Notes: a model not told the origin generated them from the letters alone. A stretch of 64,000 nucleotides of DNA from Chromatiales bacterium (GCA_020351875.1 CP070671.1:1995722-2059721); one strand, 5' to 3'; shown: positions 8,579 to 24,322, counted from the first letter of the stretch. Program-made: numbers and translations.

Positions 8579-9889
8579 ATGGACTTTCTCAGCACCCGCA
8601 ACGGTCCGCCGGTCCGGCTGGAACAGGCCATCATGAGTGGCACGGCCCCGGACGGCGGGCTTTACGTGCCGGCATCGTTGCCCCATTTCACGCCCGCGGA
8701 CTTCGCCGGGCTGGAAGACTTCGCGGACGTCGCGGCGAGGCTGCTGCAGCCCTTTTTCGACGGCTCGTCCCTGGCTGGCGAGGTGGGCGATATCTGTCGC
8801 GATGCGCTGACTTTCCCGGTGCCGTTACGCGCCGTGGAGACCGGGGCCGAACCACTGTCGGTCCTGGAGATGTTTCACGGCCCGACCGCGGCCTTCAAGG
8901 ACGTTGGCGCGCGGTTCCTGGCGGCAACGATGGCGCGCATCATTGCGCACGGCGAGTTCGCGCAACCCCCGGTCACGATACTGGTTGCAACGTCCGGGGA
9001 CACCGGCGGTGCGGTAGCGGCCGCCTTTCACCACCGCCCGGGCCTGCGGGTCGTCGGGTTGTTCCCGGAAGGCCGGGTGTCGCCGCGCCAGCAACACCAG
9101 TTGACCTGCTGGGGCGACAACGTGGTGTCACTGGCCGTACGCGGCGAGTTCGACGACTGCCAGCGGCTGGTGAAAGCGGCCTTTGCCGACGAGCAACTAA
9201 ACGCGGAACACAGCCTGTGTTCGGCGAACAGCATCAACGTTGGCCGGCTGCTGCCCCAGGCCGCTTACTATGCCTGTGCGAGCCTCGGGTACTGGCGCGA
9301 AACCGGGCAAGCCACCAGTTTCATCGTGCCCACCGGCAACCTGGGCAACGGCTTTGCCTGCGTGTGGGCCCGGCGCATGGGCATGCCGATAGACCGCATC
9401 GTGTTCGCGACCAATGCGAATATGACCATCACAGACTTCCTCAGCTCGGGAGACTGGGTGCCGCGGCCGAGCATCGCGACGCTGGCCTCGGCGATGGATG
9501 TGGGCGATCCGAGCAACATGGAGCGCCTGCGGGCCCTGGTCGGTGCGGACGCAGAATCGGTCGCACGTGAAATCGACGCGTACGCGGTCGACGATGACAC
9601 CATCAGGGCAACGATTCGCGATGAGTTCGACCGTCACGGAATTGCGTGGTGTCCGCATACCGCGACGGGTTTGCACGTTTACCGCGAGCTGGATGCAGCC
9701 GCGCGGCAGGGTCACCACTGGGCCGTTGTGGCCACCGCGCATGCGGCGAAGTTCGACACGATCGTCGAGCCGCTGCTCGGCACGACGGTAGAACCACCCC
9801 CCGAGCTGGCGGAGCTCCTGGGCTGGGAGTCACACTACGAGACGATCGATGCCGAGCTCCCTGATCTCGCGGCGCGACTCCAGGATTAA
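8579..9889 (+). CDS. thrC: threonine synthase
   Basis: 436 aa. GGLYVP near the N-terminus and TAAFKDVGARF (PLP lysine region). Starts 2 nt after the thrA stop. Confidence 0.92.
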   Translation: MDFLSTRNGPPVRLEQAIMSGTAPDGGLYVPASLPHFTPADFAGLEDFADVAARLLQPFFDGSSLAGEVGDICRDALTFPVPLRAVETGAEPLSVLEMFHGPTAAFKDVGARFLAATMARIIAHGEFAQPPVTILVATSGDTGGAVAAAFHHRPGLRVVGLFPEGRVSPRQQHQLTCWGDNVVSLAVRGEFDDCQRLVKAAFADEQLNAEHSLCSANSINVGRLLPQAAYYACASLGYWRETGQATSFIVPTGNLGNGFACVWARRMGMPIDRIVFATNANMTITDFLSSGDWVPRPSIATLASAMDVGDPSNMERLRALVGADAESVAREIDAYAVDDDTIRATIRDEFDRHGIAWCPHTATGLHVYRELDAAARQGHHWAVVATAHAAKFDTIVEPLLGTTVEPPPELAELLGWESHYETIDAELPDLAARLQD

Positions 9890-9907
9890 GGCACCGGCCG
9901 CATCACG

Positions 9908-10492
9908 ATGGACTGGCAGGCACTCTTGAATGATCCGCGGTTTCTCGGTGGTGCGGCCGTGGCCGCGCTGCTGCTGGTGGTGCTCGGCTGGGCCTGGCGC
10001 CGGCGCCGGCAACGCGACCCGCGCCAGCGCTTGCGGGAGGTGGCGCTCGACCTGCTCGAAGGCATCGTCGTACCGGACGGCGATGACGGCCAGCTCCACA
10101 TCGAGTTTGTGCTGTTAACCCCCGGCGGCGTCACGTTGCTGGACCTGCGGGACGTCGCAGGACACGTGTTCGGCAGCAACGCGATGCAGGACTGGACGGT
10201 GCTCGCGGAGCGCCGGCGCTTCACCTTTGCCAATCCGCAACATGCGATGCACGATCGGGTCGCCGCGGTGCGCCGACTGTTGCCGGGCATCGAGGTGACG
10301 GGGCTGGTCACGTTTACCTCGCGCGCGCGTTTCACGAAGGGCCTGCCCGAACACGTGGTGCTGCTGGACACGCTGATTGACAATCTGCGCCGGCAGCGTG
10401 GCGAGCCCGAGGCGCCTGGCCTGCGCGATGCCTGGGACCGGCTGCGGCGGGAAGCCGTGGCAGCCCAGGTTGGCCGGCTGATCGACGACTAA
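9908..10492 (+). CDS. membrane-anchored NERD (nuclease-related) domain protein
   Basis: N-terminal TM helix (AAVAALLLVVLGWAW). The block LHIEFVLLTPGGVTLLDLRDVAGHVFG...WTVL...FANPQHAM fits the NERD pattern. Confidence 0.6.
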   Translation: MDWQALLNDPRFLGGAAVAALLLVVLGWAWRRRRQRDPRQRLREVALDLLEGIVVPDGDDGQLHIEFVLLTPGGVTLLDLRDVAGHVFGSNAMQDWTVLAERRRFTFANPQHAMHDRVAAVRRLLPGIEVTGLVTFTSRARFTKGLPEHVVLLDTLIDNLRRQRGEPEAPGLRDAWDRLRREAVAAQVGRLIDD

Positions 10493-10506
10493 TGGGCAGA
10501 TATCGG

Positions 10507-10574
10507 AATCGCGGCTGAAGCCGCTCCTACCGGGGTCTCCGGATGGCGCGGTAGGAACGGCTTCAGCCGCGATT
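10507..10574. repeat. REP-like long palindrome / bidirectional terminator
   Basis: 26-nt arms AATCGCGGCTGAAGCCGCTCCTACCG / CGGTAGGAACGGCTTCAGCCGCGATT with 1 mismatch and a 16-nt loop. It lies between convergent genes and overlaps the tatD stop. Confidence 0.7.
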
Positions 10575-11381
10575 TCTCTCCGGCAAACCGAACAACCTTT
10601 CTGTATTCCGGGTCGCCGCTGCCGCCAGCTCCTCGGGTTCGCAGCCCATGAAACCCGCCGTCGCCTCCAGGATGTGGCGCAGGTAGACGGGCTCGTTGCG
10701 CCGCCCGCGCGGGGCTTCGGGCAGGTCCCGCGGGACCAGGTACGGCGCGTCGGTTTCCAGCAGCACCCGGTCCAGCGGCAACTCGCGCACCGCGGCCTGC
10801 AGATCGTGCCCCCGGCGCTCGTCGCAGATCCAGCCGGTCACGCCGATGTGCAGACCCATGTCGAGGTACTCCTGCATTTCGTCCGGGCCGCCGGTAAAGC
10901 AGTGCGCCACCCCGCCGTTGATGCGGTCCATGCGCTTGCGCAGGATGTACACGAAATCGTCGTGCGCATCGCGCTGGTGCAGTAAGACAGGTTTGCCCGT
11001 CTCCACCGCGATCGCCAGTTGTGCAGCAAAAGCTTCGCACTGTACATCCCGTGGCGAGTAGTCGCGAAAATAATCCAGGCCGCATTCACCGACGGCCACC
11101 ACGGCCTTGTCGGTCGCGAGTTCGGTGAGTTCGGCGATGGCAGCATCGTCCACGTCCGTCGCGTGATGCGGATGCACACCTGCCGTCGCGTAGAGCCGGC
11201 CAGGCGCGGCGTGCGCCATCGCTACCGCCTTGCGGCTGGCCGCCACCGTCGTGCCGGTGACGATCAACCGCCGAACGCCGGCCGCTGCCGCCCGCTCGAG
11301 CACCTGGTCCCGGTCGCCATCGAAGCTGTCGTGCCCGAGGTTCGCCCCGATGTCGACCAGGTCAATCAACGCTTCAGCCAT
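10563..11381 (-). CDS. tatD: TatD-family metal-dependent hydrolase/DNase
   Basis: Start trimmed to the ATG at 11381 (MAEALIDLVDIGANLGHDSF). HPHH and GECGLDY motifs are typical of TatD. Confidence 0.88.
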   Translation of the reverse strand: MAEALIDLVDIGANLGHDSFDGDRDQVLERAAAAGVRRLIVTGTTVAASRKAVAMAHAAPGRLYATAGVHPHHATDVDDAAIAELTELATDKAVVAVGECGLDYFRDYSPRDVQCEAFAAQLAIAVETGKPVLLHQRDAHDDFVYILRKRMDRINGGVAHCFTGGPDEMQEYLDMGLHIGVTGWICDERRGHDLQAAVRELPLDRVLLETDAPYLVPRDLPEAPRGRRNEPVYLRHILEATAGFMGCEPEELAAAATRNTERLFGLPERNRG

Positions 11382-11446
11382 CAATTCAAAGCCTCGATCG
11401 GTTAGAGTTCGGCGCAGGCAACCGGTTCGGTGGAGTGACCTTGGCA

Positions 11447-12178
11447 ATGATACGGAGATCGCGCTGGTTGAGCATCCTGCTGCTGGTGGGTATGCAGGCG
11501 CCGGCACTGGAACAGACCACGCAGGTGATGGCGATCCGGGACGGCATCGATCAGGCCGTGCTGACGGGCGATGGCGAGGCGCTGGCGGGCTATGCGGAGC
11601 AATTGAAAGGGGCAGAAGGCGACTGGGTCGACTACTACCGGGCCTACGTCGATTACCGTTCGTCACAAATCGCCGGCACGAAGAAAAAGCAGGCCAAGGC
11701 ACTGCTCAACAGCTGCATCGAGACGCTCAACGGACTGGTGAAGCGCCGCCCTGACCTGGCCGAAGCACACGCGCTGCACGCGACCTGCTACGGCAACAGC
11801 GCCCAGTTCTATATGCTGCGGGCGGCGGCGCGCGGTTCATCCTCGAACAAGGCGCTGAAGCAGGCATTGAAGCTGAGTTCCGGCAATCCCCGCGTGCTGC
11901 TCCAGGATGCCCAGAGCCTGGTCTTCCGTCCGGCCATCTTCGGTGGCGACAAGGAAAAGGCGATGAAGCGGCTGAAGCTGGCAGTCGAGGTGTTTCCGAA
12001 CTGGCAATCTCCAGACCCGGAGGCGCCGGTCTGGGGCGAAGCGGAGGCCTGGCTGACCATCGGCTGGCTGCACCGCGAAGCCGGCGCGGTGGACCGGGCC
12101 CGCGAGGCCTTCAACAAGGCCCTGAGCATTGCGCCGGATTACCAGGCTGCAAAGGACGAACTCAACGACCCGGGCTAG
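11447..12178 (+). CDS. secreted TPR-like protein, function unknown
   Basis: ATG at 11447 preceded by GGAG. MIRRSRWLSILLLVGMQAPA looks like a signal peptide. The C-terminal AREAFNKALSIAPDYQAAKDEL is TPR-like. Confidence 0.6.
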   Translation: MIRRSRWLSILLLVGMQAPALEQTTQVMAIRDGIDQAVLTGDGEALAGYAEQLKGAEGDWVDYYRAYVDYRSSQIAGTKKKQAKALLNSCIETLNGLVKRRPDLAEAHALHATCYGNSAQFYMLRAAARGSSSNKALKQALKLSSGNPRVLLQDAQSLVFRPAIFGGDKEKAMKRLKLAVEVFPNWQSPDPEAPVWGEAEAWLTIGWLHREAGAVDRAREAFNKALSIAPDYQAAKDELNDPG

Positions 12179-12187
12179 GGGCTCCGA

Positions 12188-12433
12188 CTACAGCGTTTCG
12201 CACTTCGCGTAACACGCGGACAGCTCGTTGTAGCACCGCTCCTGGCAGGCAGGTGTGCGGCGCGCCGACGAACCCACGCCACAGGGTTGTTCGCACTGCG
12301 CATAGCCGGTCTGGCAATCCTGAACACACCGCTGGCCTGCGGGCGTGTTGACCGTTGGCGCCTGGGGGGTGGACACGGGCGTGACACATGCGGTCAGGCC
12401 TGCAGCGAGCAACATGGTCAGAAATACGCGCAT
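12188..12433 (-). CDS. small Cys-rich lipoprotein
   Basis: Lipobox LTAC after a signal peptide. Eight further Cys residues in a 60-aa mature part. Confidence 0.6.
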   Translation of the reverse strand: MRVFLTMLLAAGLTACVTPVSTPQAPTVNTPAGQRCVQDCQTGYAQCEQPCGVGSSARRTPACQERCYNELSACYAKCETL

Positions 12434-12465
12434 GAGCGGGTCCCGGTGCTGGTAACGCCGTTCAG

Positions 12466-12506
12466 TATAAAGGCGAAACAGCGGGCCGGCCCAGTCGCCG
12501 GCCTGC
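12466..12506 (-). terminator. rho-independent terminator of acnA
   Basis: On the minus strand, a 10-bp GC stem (GCAGGCCGGC / GCCGGCCCGC, one G-U) with a 6-nt loop, then UGUUUCGCCUUUAU. It sits 5 nt after the acnA stop. Confidence 0.65.
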
Positions 12507-12510
12507 GGGT

Positions 12511-15168
<2,658 letters not shown>

Positions 15169-15342
15169 GAGTTGTCTCCGTAGGGTCTGTGCTTCGGACG
15201 GTGCGGCGGGGCGCCGGTTCTTGGCTTTGGTGCGGGCGCTGGCCGAAAACGCACGCGGCTTGCCGGCCGCCGCAGTCGCGGACGCGGCATTATAGCGGAA
15301 GCCATGGCTGCCACGGAGCCCGCCGGACAGGGGTGTCGTTGG

Positions 15343-16476
15343 TCAGCCGGCGGCGGCGGCGGTGACGGGAACAGCAGCGGGGCTTGCGCCGGCTTGGGCA
15401 ATCACCGCGCCGCCGAGACAGATATCACCGCGGTACAGCACGGCCGACTGCCCGCGCGTAATGGCCCACTGCGGTTCGTCGAAGCAGAGGTGCAAACCGC
15501 CCGCGAGCCGGGTCACCGTGCACGCTGCGTCGCGTTGCCGGTAACGGGTCTTGGCCGTGCACTCAAACGCGGCACCACTGGCCAGCGCGTCGGGTTCACC
15601 GGTAATCCACACCGGGGCTTCCGTCACCAGTTCACGGTCCCAGAGCGCCGCATCATCGCGACCCTGCACGACGATCAGGACGTTGCGCGCCGTATCCTTG
15701 CCCGCTACGTACCACGCGTCGTCCCCGTGCCCGGCCCGGCCGCCAATGCCGAGACCCTGGCGCTGCCCCCGCGTGTAGTACATCAGGCCATCGTGCCGGC
15801 CGACCACTTCACCCGCGGGTGTCTGCATCGCACCGGCCGGTGCCGACAGGTAGCGTTGCAGGAATTCGCGGAAAGGCCGCTCGCCGACAAAGCAGATGCC
15901 GGTGCTGTCGCGCTTGGTGTGCACCGGCAGTCCGGCCGCCGTCGCCAGTGCCCGGACGTCGTGCTTTTCCAGTTCGCCCACGGGAAACAGCGCGTGGGCC
16001 AGCGCAGCTGCCGGCACCGCGTGCAGGAAATAGCTCTGGTCCTTGTTGGAGTCCAGTCCGCGCAACAGGTGCGGCGGGGAGCCGGTGTCGAGACGGGCAT
16101 AGTGGCCGGTAGCGATACGCTGCGCGCCCAGGCGCCTGGCGTGTTCGAGGAACAGGCCGAACTTGATTTCCCGGTTGCACAGCACGTCGGGGTTCGGGGT
16201 GCGCCCGGCCCGGTACTCGGCCAGGAACTTGTCGAACACCTGTTCCCGGTATGCCTGGCTGAAGTTGGCCCGATGCAGCGGAATGCCGAGTTCGCGGCAA
16301 ACGCTGCGCGCATCCTGGAAATCCAGCGCGGCCGTGCAATAGCCGTCGTCGTCTTCCCAGTTCGTCATGTGCAGAGCTTCCACGTCGTAGCCCTGCCGGC
16401 ACAACAACAGCGCGGCCACGGCCGAATCGACGCCGCCGGACAGCGCAACGATGACTTTTTGTGGCGTAGTGGTCAC
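15343..16476 (-). CDS. mnmA: tRNA 2-thiouridine(34) synthase
   Basis: 377 aa. PP-loop VIVALSGGVDSAVAALLL. Conserved mnmA-nudix-purB neighbourhood. Confidence 0.93.
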   Translation of the reverse strand: MTTTPQKVIVALSGGVDSAVAALLLCRQGYDVEALHMTNWEDDDGYCTAALDFQDARSVCRELGIPLHRANFSQAYREQVFDKFLAEYRAGRTPNPDVLCNREIKFGLFLEHARRLGAQRIATGHYARLDTGSPPHLLRGLDSNKDQSYFLHAVPAAALAHALFPVGELEKHDVRALATAAGLPVHTKRDSTGICFVGERPFREFLQRYLSAPAGAMQTPAGEVVGRHDGLMYYTRGQRQGLGIGGRAGHGDDAWYVAGKDTARNVLIVVQGRDDAALWDRELVTEAPVWITGEPDALASGAAFECTAKTRYRQRDAACTVTRLAGGLHLCFDEPQWAITRGQSAVLYRGDICLGGAVIAQAGASPAAVPVTAAAAG

Positions 16477-16512
16477 GCCGGGATTTTATCAAGCCTGCCG
16501 CGGGCCGGGGAT

Positions 16513-16995
16513 TCAGAGCAGGGCCGCGCGCTCGACCAGCCCGTCCCGCTCATCGAGGTCTACCGGCAGCCGATGGCCCTGCAGGTAATCGTCGATGGAG
16601 CGCAGCACCATCGGGTTGCGCAGTCTCTCCGGGTGCGCAGCCACATCGTCCCGGGACAACCAGAGCGTGCGCAGGATGCCGGCGTCCAGTTTTCGGTCGG
16701 GCAGGTGGCTGGCGAGCTGGCCGGTGAAGACCACTCGCAGGAAGCTGCGTCCCGCGTCGGCGTCGGTCCAGAGATAGATACCCGTGATGAATTTGGGCAC
16801 GAATACCCAGCCGGCTTCTTCCAGGCTTTCGCGAGCCACGGCTTGCGTGAGGGTCTCCCCGGGCTCCACGTGCCCGGCCGGCTGGTTCAACACCGCGCGA
16901 CCCTGCACCAGTTCCTCGATCATCAGCAACCGGTCATAGCGCTCGGCCACCGCCGCGACCGTCAACTCGGGACGAAAATAATCGGCGGGACTCAT
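16513..16995 (-). CDS. NUDIX hydrolase
   Basis: Nudix box GHVEPGETLTQAVARESLEEAG. ATG at 16995; an alternative GTG start lies at 17040. Confidence 0.85.
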   Translation of the reverse strand: MSPADYFRPELTVAAVAERYDRLLMIEELVQGRAVLNQPAGHVEPGETLTQAVARESLEEAGWVFVPKFITGIYLWTDADAGRSFLRVVFTGQLASHLPDRKLDAGILRTLWLSRDDVAAHPERLRNPMVLRSIDDYLQGHRLPVDLDERDGLVERAALL

Positions 16996-17046
16996 CGGCT
17001 TTGGCGATTTCGGGTCCGCGGCCGCGGAGACGGCCACCACCGCGGT

Positions 17047-17544
17047 CTACACGCGCAGCTCGCGAATTTCCTGCTCGATCTCCGACGCGTTCCAGATGTC
17101 GTCGAACAGGCTCAGGTAACGCCGGGCTACCGCGGGTTCGTAGGTGTCGGCGATGCCTTCCCACTTGCGACCTTCCACGCGGTAGAGCAACGAGGTGTCG
17201 TCGGCGATCAGGTAGGCTTCACGGTGATCCTGGTAGTCAGGGTGCACGTTGCGGAATTCGATGTAGCTGTTCAGGCGCCGGCCGACTGACACGAGCCGAT
17301 TGCCGATTCGCACGGTCCGGCTGGGCTCTGAAATCAAGACGCGGATCTTCGCGTAGGGTTTGGCCAGCACGAGTCGCTTTGCCACGTCGAGGAACTTCGC
17401 ATGGTCGTAGATGCCCGGCTCCAGGTCGGGCGTATAAATCGATATCCACCGCTTTGCCTGGCTGGCGATTTCCGCCGCGGCGGCGCGGTTTTCCTCCTTG
17501 GAGGACAGCACCCAGCGGCGGCCTTGGATTCGTGTAGCTTCCAT
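17047..17544 (-). CDS. conserved hypothetical protein (no confident family assignment)
   Basis: 165-aa ORF in the slot between purB and nudix/mnmA, with normal coding composition. From memory, similar proteins occupy this position in other gammaproteobacteria. Confidence 0.6.
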   Translation of the reverse strand: MEATRIQGRRWVLSSKEENRAAAAEIASQAKRWISIYTPDLEPGIYDHAKFLDVAKRLVLAKPYAKIRVLISEPSRTVRIGNRLVSVGRRLNSYIEFRNVHPDYQDHREAYLIADDTSLLYRVEGRKWEGIADTYEPAVARRYLSLFDDIWNASEIEQEIRELRV

Positions 17545-17661
17545 CGCGGCGTCGTTATCCCAGCGGCGCGGGCCGGGCCGGCTCTGCAGCCAGCCGGGTC
17601 CATGCCCACCACGGTATTTTATGTTGTCAGGCTGTGACGCTATGCCGATCAGGTCACGATT

Positions 17662-20584
<2,923 letters not shown>

Positions 20585-20597
20585 CCGGGGCTCGGGC

Positions 20598-21200
20598 ATG
20601 CGCGAACGGATCCTGAGCCGGCTGGCCGGGACCCGCGCGGCGGCGGACCCGGCCCTGGCGGCAATCGAGGCGCTGGACCCGGAACTGGCGCGGGCGTTCT
20701 CCGCACTGCGACTCACACCGGCAGCCGTGCTGTTGCCGCTGGTCGAACGCCGGTCCGGACTGCACTTGCTGCTGACCCGGCGCACCGAGCAACTGCGGGA
20801 TCACGCCGGCCAGATCAGTTTCCCGGGCGGCCGCGTCGAGCCGCGCGATGCCGGGCCGCTGCATACCGCGCTGAGGGAATCCGAAGAAGAGGTCGGGCTG
20901 CCCGGCAACCAGGTCCAGGTGGCGGGCTATTTGCCGGCGCGCGCCGTCGTGACCGGCTTCGCCGTGACCCCGGTCGTCGGCTTCGTCGCGCCCGACCTCG
21001 CGCACGTGGCCGACACCCGCGAAGTTGCGGCGGTCTTCGAAGTGCCACTGGCATGGTTCCTGGACCGGCGCAATCGAATCGACTCCACCCGCCGGTGGGG
21101 CGGCGCGGAGTTCCCGGTGTGCGAGTACCACTACGACGCGCATCGCATCTGGGGCGCAACCGCGCAGATTGTCGACGAGTTTGTCCAGTTAATTGTCTAA
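20598..21200 (+). CDS. nudL: CoA pyrophosphatase (NUDIX, NudL-like)
   Basis: LLLTRRTEQLRDHAGQISFPGGRVEP...ALRESEEEVGL, a Nudix box with the upstream CoA-type motif. Confidence 0.8.
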   Translation: MRERILSRLAGTRAAADPALAAIEALDPELARAFSALRLTPAAVLLPLVERRSGLHLLLTRRTEQLRDHAGQISFPGGRVEPRDAGPLHTALRESEEEVGLPGNQVQVAGYLPARAVVTGFAVTPVVGFVAPDLAHVADTREVAAVFEVPLAWFLDRRNRIDSTRRWGGAEFPVCEYHYDAHRIWGATAQIVDEFVQLIV

Positions 21201-21213
21201 AATACATAGTCCT

Positions 21214-22005
21214 ATGTCTGATTTAGAGAAACTACTTGATGTCATGGCGCGCTTGCGCGACCCGGAGACAGGCTGCCCCTGGGACCTGGAGCAGGACTTT
21301 CGCAGCATTGCGCCATACACCATCGAAGAGGCCTACGAAGTGGCCGAGGCCATCGATCGCGGTGACCTGAGCCACCTGCGCGAGGAACTCGGTGACCTGC
21401 TGCTGCAGGTGGTCTTCCACGCGCGCATGGCCGAGGAGGCGGGGGCTTTCGATTTTGAAGCGGTGGCGACAGGCATCACCGACAAGATGGTGCGCCGGCA
21501 CCCCCATGTGTTTGGCGACGCCGCGGTCGCAACGGCCGCGGCACAGACGGCGGCGTGGGAAGCGCACAAGCAGGAGGAACGCCAAACCGCCGGAGCCGCC
21601 GCCGTGCTCGCCGGTGTGGGCCTGGCGCTGCCGGCCTTGCTGCGGGCTCACAAACTCTGCAAGCGGGCATCCCGGGTGGGTTTCGACTGGCCCGACGCGG
21701 CGGGCGCACGGCTGAAGGTCGTCGAGGAGCTCGCGGAGCTGGCCGACGCAGAACAATCAGCGGATTCGGCGGCCATCGAGGAGGAAGTCGGCGACCTGTT
21801 GTTCGCCACCGCGAACCTGGCCCGGAAGCTGGGTGTGAACCCGGAAGAGGCCCTGCGCCGCGCCAACCACAAGTTCGAGGGCCGCTTTGCGATGGTCGAG
21901 GGTGAAGTGCGCGCGCGGGGCGGCGACTGGTCTGCTTTCGACCTGGACACCCTCGACGAATTCTGGGCCCTGGCGAAACGCCGGGGCGCTAGCTCGACCC
22001 CGTAA
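21214..22005 (+). CDS. mazG: nucleoside triphosphate pyrophosphohydrolase
   Basis: [27 protein letters not shown] aligns with the E. coli MazG N-terminus. The track start 21193 is a TTG; the ATG at 21214 is preferred. Confidence 0.9.
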   Translation: MSDLEKLLDVMARLRDPETGCPWDLEQDFRSIAPYTIEEAYEVAEAIDRGDLSHLREELGDLLLQVVFHARMAEEAGAFDFEAVATGITDKMVRRHPHVFGDAAVATAAAQTAAWEAHKQEERQTAGAAAVLAGVGLALPALLRAHKLCKRASRVGFDWPDAAGARLKVVEELAELADAEQSADSAAIEEEVGDLLFATANLARKLGVNPEEALRRANHKFEGRFAMVEGEVRARGGDWSAFDLDTLDEFWALAKRRGASSTP

Positions 22006-22783
22006 CCGCTGGCGGCCGCGAGTCCGGATTGCCGCGGTGGCCGATCTTCCCGAGGAGTGGTTCGATCAGGTCCATCGGTAGCGGAAACACGATGGTATTG
22101 GTCCGGTCCTTCGCAATTTCCGTCAGGGTCTGCAGGTAGCGCAGCTGCAGCGCGCCGCCCTTGGAACCCAGCGTGTCGGCTGCCGACGCCAGCATGGCCG
22201 AAGCCTGTTGCTCGCCCTCGGCGTGAATCACCTTTGCGCGTCGTGAGCGCTCCGCTTCTGCCTGCGCCGCGATCGCACGGACCATTCTCTCGTCCAGGTC
22301 CACGTGCTTGATCTCCACGTTGGAGACCTTGATGCCCCAGGCATCGGTGTGCTGGTCCAGGATGATCTGAATGTCGTCGTTCAGCTTGTCGCGTTCCGAC
22401 AGCATCTCGTCCAGTTCGTGCTGGCCCAGCACCGAACGCAGCGTGGTCTGGGCCAGCTGACTCGTGGCCTCGAACACGTTCGCGACCTGGATCACCGCGC
22501 GTTCCGGATCGATGATCCGGAAATACACCACCGCGTTGACCTTCACCGACACATTGTCCTGGGAGATCACGTCCTGGGTCGGCACGTCCATCACGATCAC
22601 GCGCAGGTCCGTCTTCACCATCTGCTGGATGATCGGGATCACGATGATCAGGCCCGGACCTTTCACGCCGCTGAAGCGCCCGAGCGTGAAAATCACACCG
22701 CGCTCATACTCTTTGAGGATCTTGATCGCGCTGATCAGGAACAGCGCAATTAAACCGCCTACTATCAGGGCACCCAAACCCAT
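21989..22783 (-). CDS. SPFH/band-7 (stomatin-like) membrane protein
   Basis: Start trimmed to [32 protein letters not shown]. Paired with the upstream NfeD gene. Its 3' end overlaps mazG convergently by 17 nt. Confidence 0.88.
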   Translation of the reverse strand: MGLGALIVGGLIALFLISAIKILKEYERGVIFTLGRFSGVKGPGLIIVIPIIQQMVKTDLRVIVMDVPTQDVISQDNVSVKVNAVVYFRIIDPERAVIQVANVFEATSQLAQTTLRSVLGQHELDEMLSERDKLNDDIQIILDQHTDAWGIKVSNVEIKHVDLDERMVRAIAAQAEAERSRRAKVIHAEGEQQASAMLASAADTLGSKGGALQLRYLQTLTEIAKDRTNTIVFPLPMDLIEPLLGKIGHRGNPDSRPPAVTGSS

Positions 22784-22811
22784 GTCTGCCTCCTGTGGCC
22801 CCTTCGAGCCG

Positions 22812-24227
22812 TCAGTCTTGTCGTTCCACTTCCAGCTCGAGCCCACGCATGCCCGTGACCCGTACCTGTTCACCGCGCCGCAGTTGTCCCTGCGCATGGG
22901 CGCGCCAGCGTTCACCGTGCACGAACACCGGTCCCTCATCGATGAAATCTTCGAGCACCTCCCCGGTGCTCCCCACCATCTGTTCGGCGCCGCTCACCAC
23001 CGGGCGCCGGAAGCTGCGGACCAGGAAGTACATCAGCGCCAGCAGCTTGCTGCCGGCCACCGCAGCGACGCTGCCAATCAGCAAACGGCTGATTTCGAAG
23101 CCAGGCACGTCGGAGTCCATCAGGATGATCGACCCGATCACGAATGCGACCACACCGCCCAGTCCCAGCGCGCCGAAGCTGGGTGCGAAAGCTTCCGCGA
23201 TCATCAATATCACGCCGAGCAGGATCAGGCCGAGGCCGGCGTAGTTCACGGGCAACACCTGGAATGCGAACAGCGCGAGCAATAAACAAATCGCGCCGAC
23301 AATGCCCGGCACCAGCGCCCCGGGGTTGTAACCCTCGAGGATCAAGCCATACACGCCTGCCAGCAACAGCATGTAGGCGACATTGGGATTGGTGATGGTC
23401 GCCAGCAACTGCGTACGCCAGTCGGCTTCGAATTCCTCGACCACGAGACCTTCGGTCTCCAGGGTCACATCTGTGTCGCCGACTTTCACCACGCGTCCGT
23501 CGATGGCAGCCAGCAATTCTTCCAGCGTCGCGGCCACCACGTCGATCACGTTCTCCTCGAGCGCGTCTTCGGCGCTGAGACTCTTGGCCTCACGCACCGC
23601 GCTCTCTGCCCATTCCGCATTGCGCCCCCGCAGTTCCGCGAGGCTGCGGATGTAGGCAACGGCGTCGTTGACGGATTTCTTCTCCATCGCGGACCCGCCG
23701 GCCGGCTCGGATTCCTCCACTTCACTGTCGTCCGCGGCGTCTTTATCACCGGCTTCGTCGCCGGGATTCGGCCGGTTGGGCAACGGCAGGGGCGGTCCGT
23801 CACCGCCAATGGCCACGGGCGTGGCCGCGCCGAGGTTGGTTGCGGGTGCCATCGCCGCCACGTGGCTGGCGTACAGGATGTAGGTGCCCGCGCTCGCGGC
23901 GCGTGAGCCGCTGGGCGAGACCCACGTGACCACCGGGACCTCAGAGCCGAGGATGCCCTTGATGATGTCGCGCATGGCCGAATCCAGACCGCCCGGCGTA
24001 TCCATCTCAATCAGCACCAGCCGCGCGTTGGTCGCCGCAGCCTGTTCCAGGCCTTCCAGGATGTAGTTGCTGGTGGCCGGGCCAATGGCGCCGCGGATTT
24101 CCATCCTCAATAGCGCGCCGTCTGCGGGCGGTTCTTCCTGGGCCAACCCACCGAAGGCGGCGAACAGGCCACCCAGGGTAGCCAGCATGGCCATGGTTTT
24201 TAGCGGGAGTCGGAGCATTTCATCCAT
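22812..24227 (-). CDS. NfeD-family membrane-bound ClpP-class serine protease
   Basis: 471 aa. N-terminal ClpP-like domain ([11 protein letters not shown]...[17 protein letters not shown]), central TM helices and a C-terminal NfeD OB domain. Classic NfeD-stomatin operon. Confidence 0.85.
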   Translation of the reverse strand: MDEMLRLPLKTMAMLATLGGLFAAFGGLAQEEPPADGALLRMEIRGAIGPATSNYILEGLEQAAATNARLVLIEMDTPGGLDSAMRDIIKGILGSEVPVVTWVSPSGSRAASAGTYILYASHVAAMAPATNLGAATPVAIGGDGPPLPLPNRPNPGDEAGDKDAADDSEVEESEPAGGSAMEKKSVNDAVAYIRSLAELRGRNAEWAESAVREAKSLSAEDALEENVIDVVAATLEELLAAIDGRVVKVGDTDVTLETEGLVVEEFEADWRTQLLATITNPNVAYMLLLAGVYGLILEGYNPGALVPGIVGAICLLLALFAFQVLPVNYAGLGLILLGVILMIAEAFAPSFGALGLGGVVAFVIGSIILMDSDVPGFEISRLLIGSVAAVAGSKLLALMYFLVRSFRRPVVSGAEQMVGSTGEVLEDFIDEGPVFVHGERWRAHAQGQLRRGEQVRVTGMRGLELEVERQD

Positions 24228-24322
24228 TCGGGACCGTAGAATTCGTCAGCGCAATGATACCAGCCGGGCCGCGACGCGGGCGGTAGTGCAATAATCACGG
24301 GTATTGGAGCCCGGAGTTCGCC

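Noticed and set aside
15304-17289. 661-aa plus-strand ORF spanning mnmA, the NUDIX gene and the hypothetical gene
   Set aside because: Antisense to three independently recognisable genes, with no motifs and biased composition.
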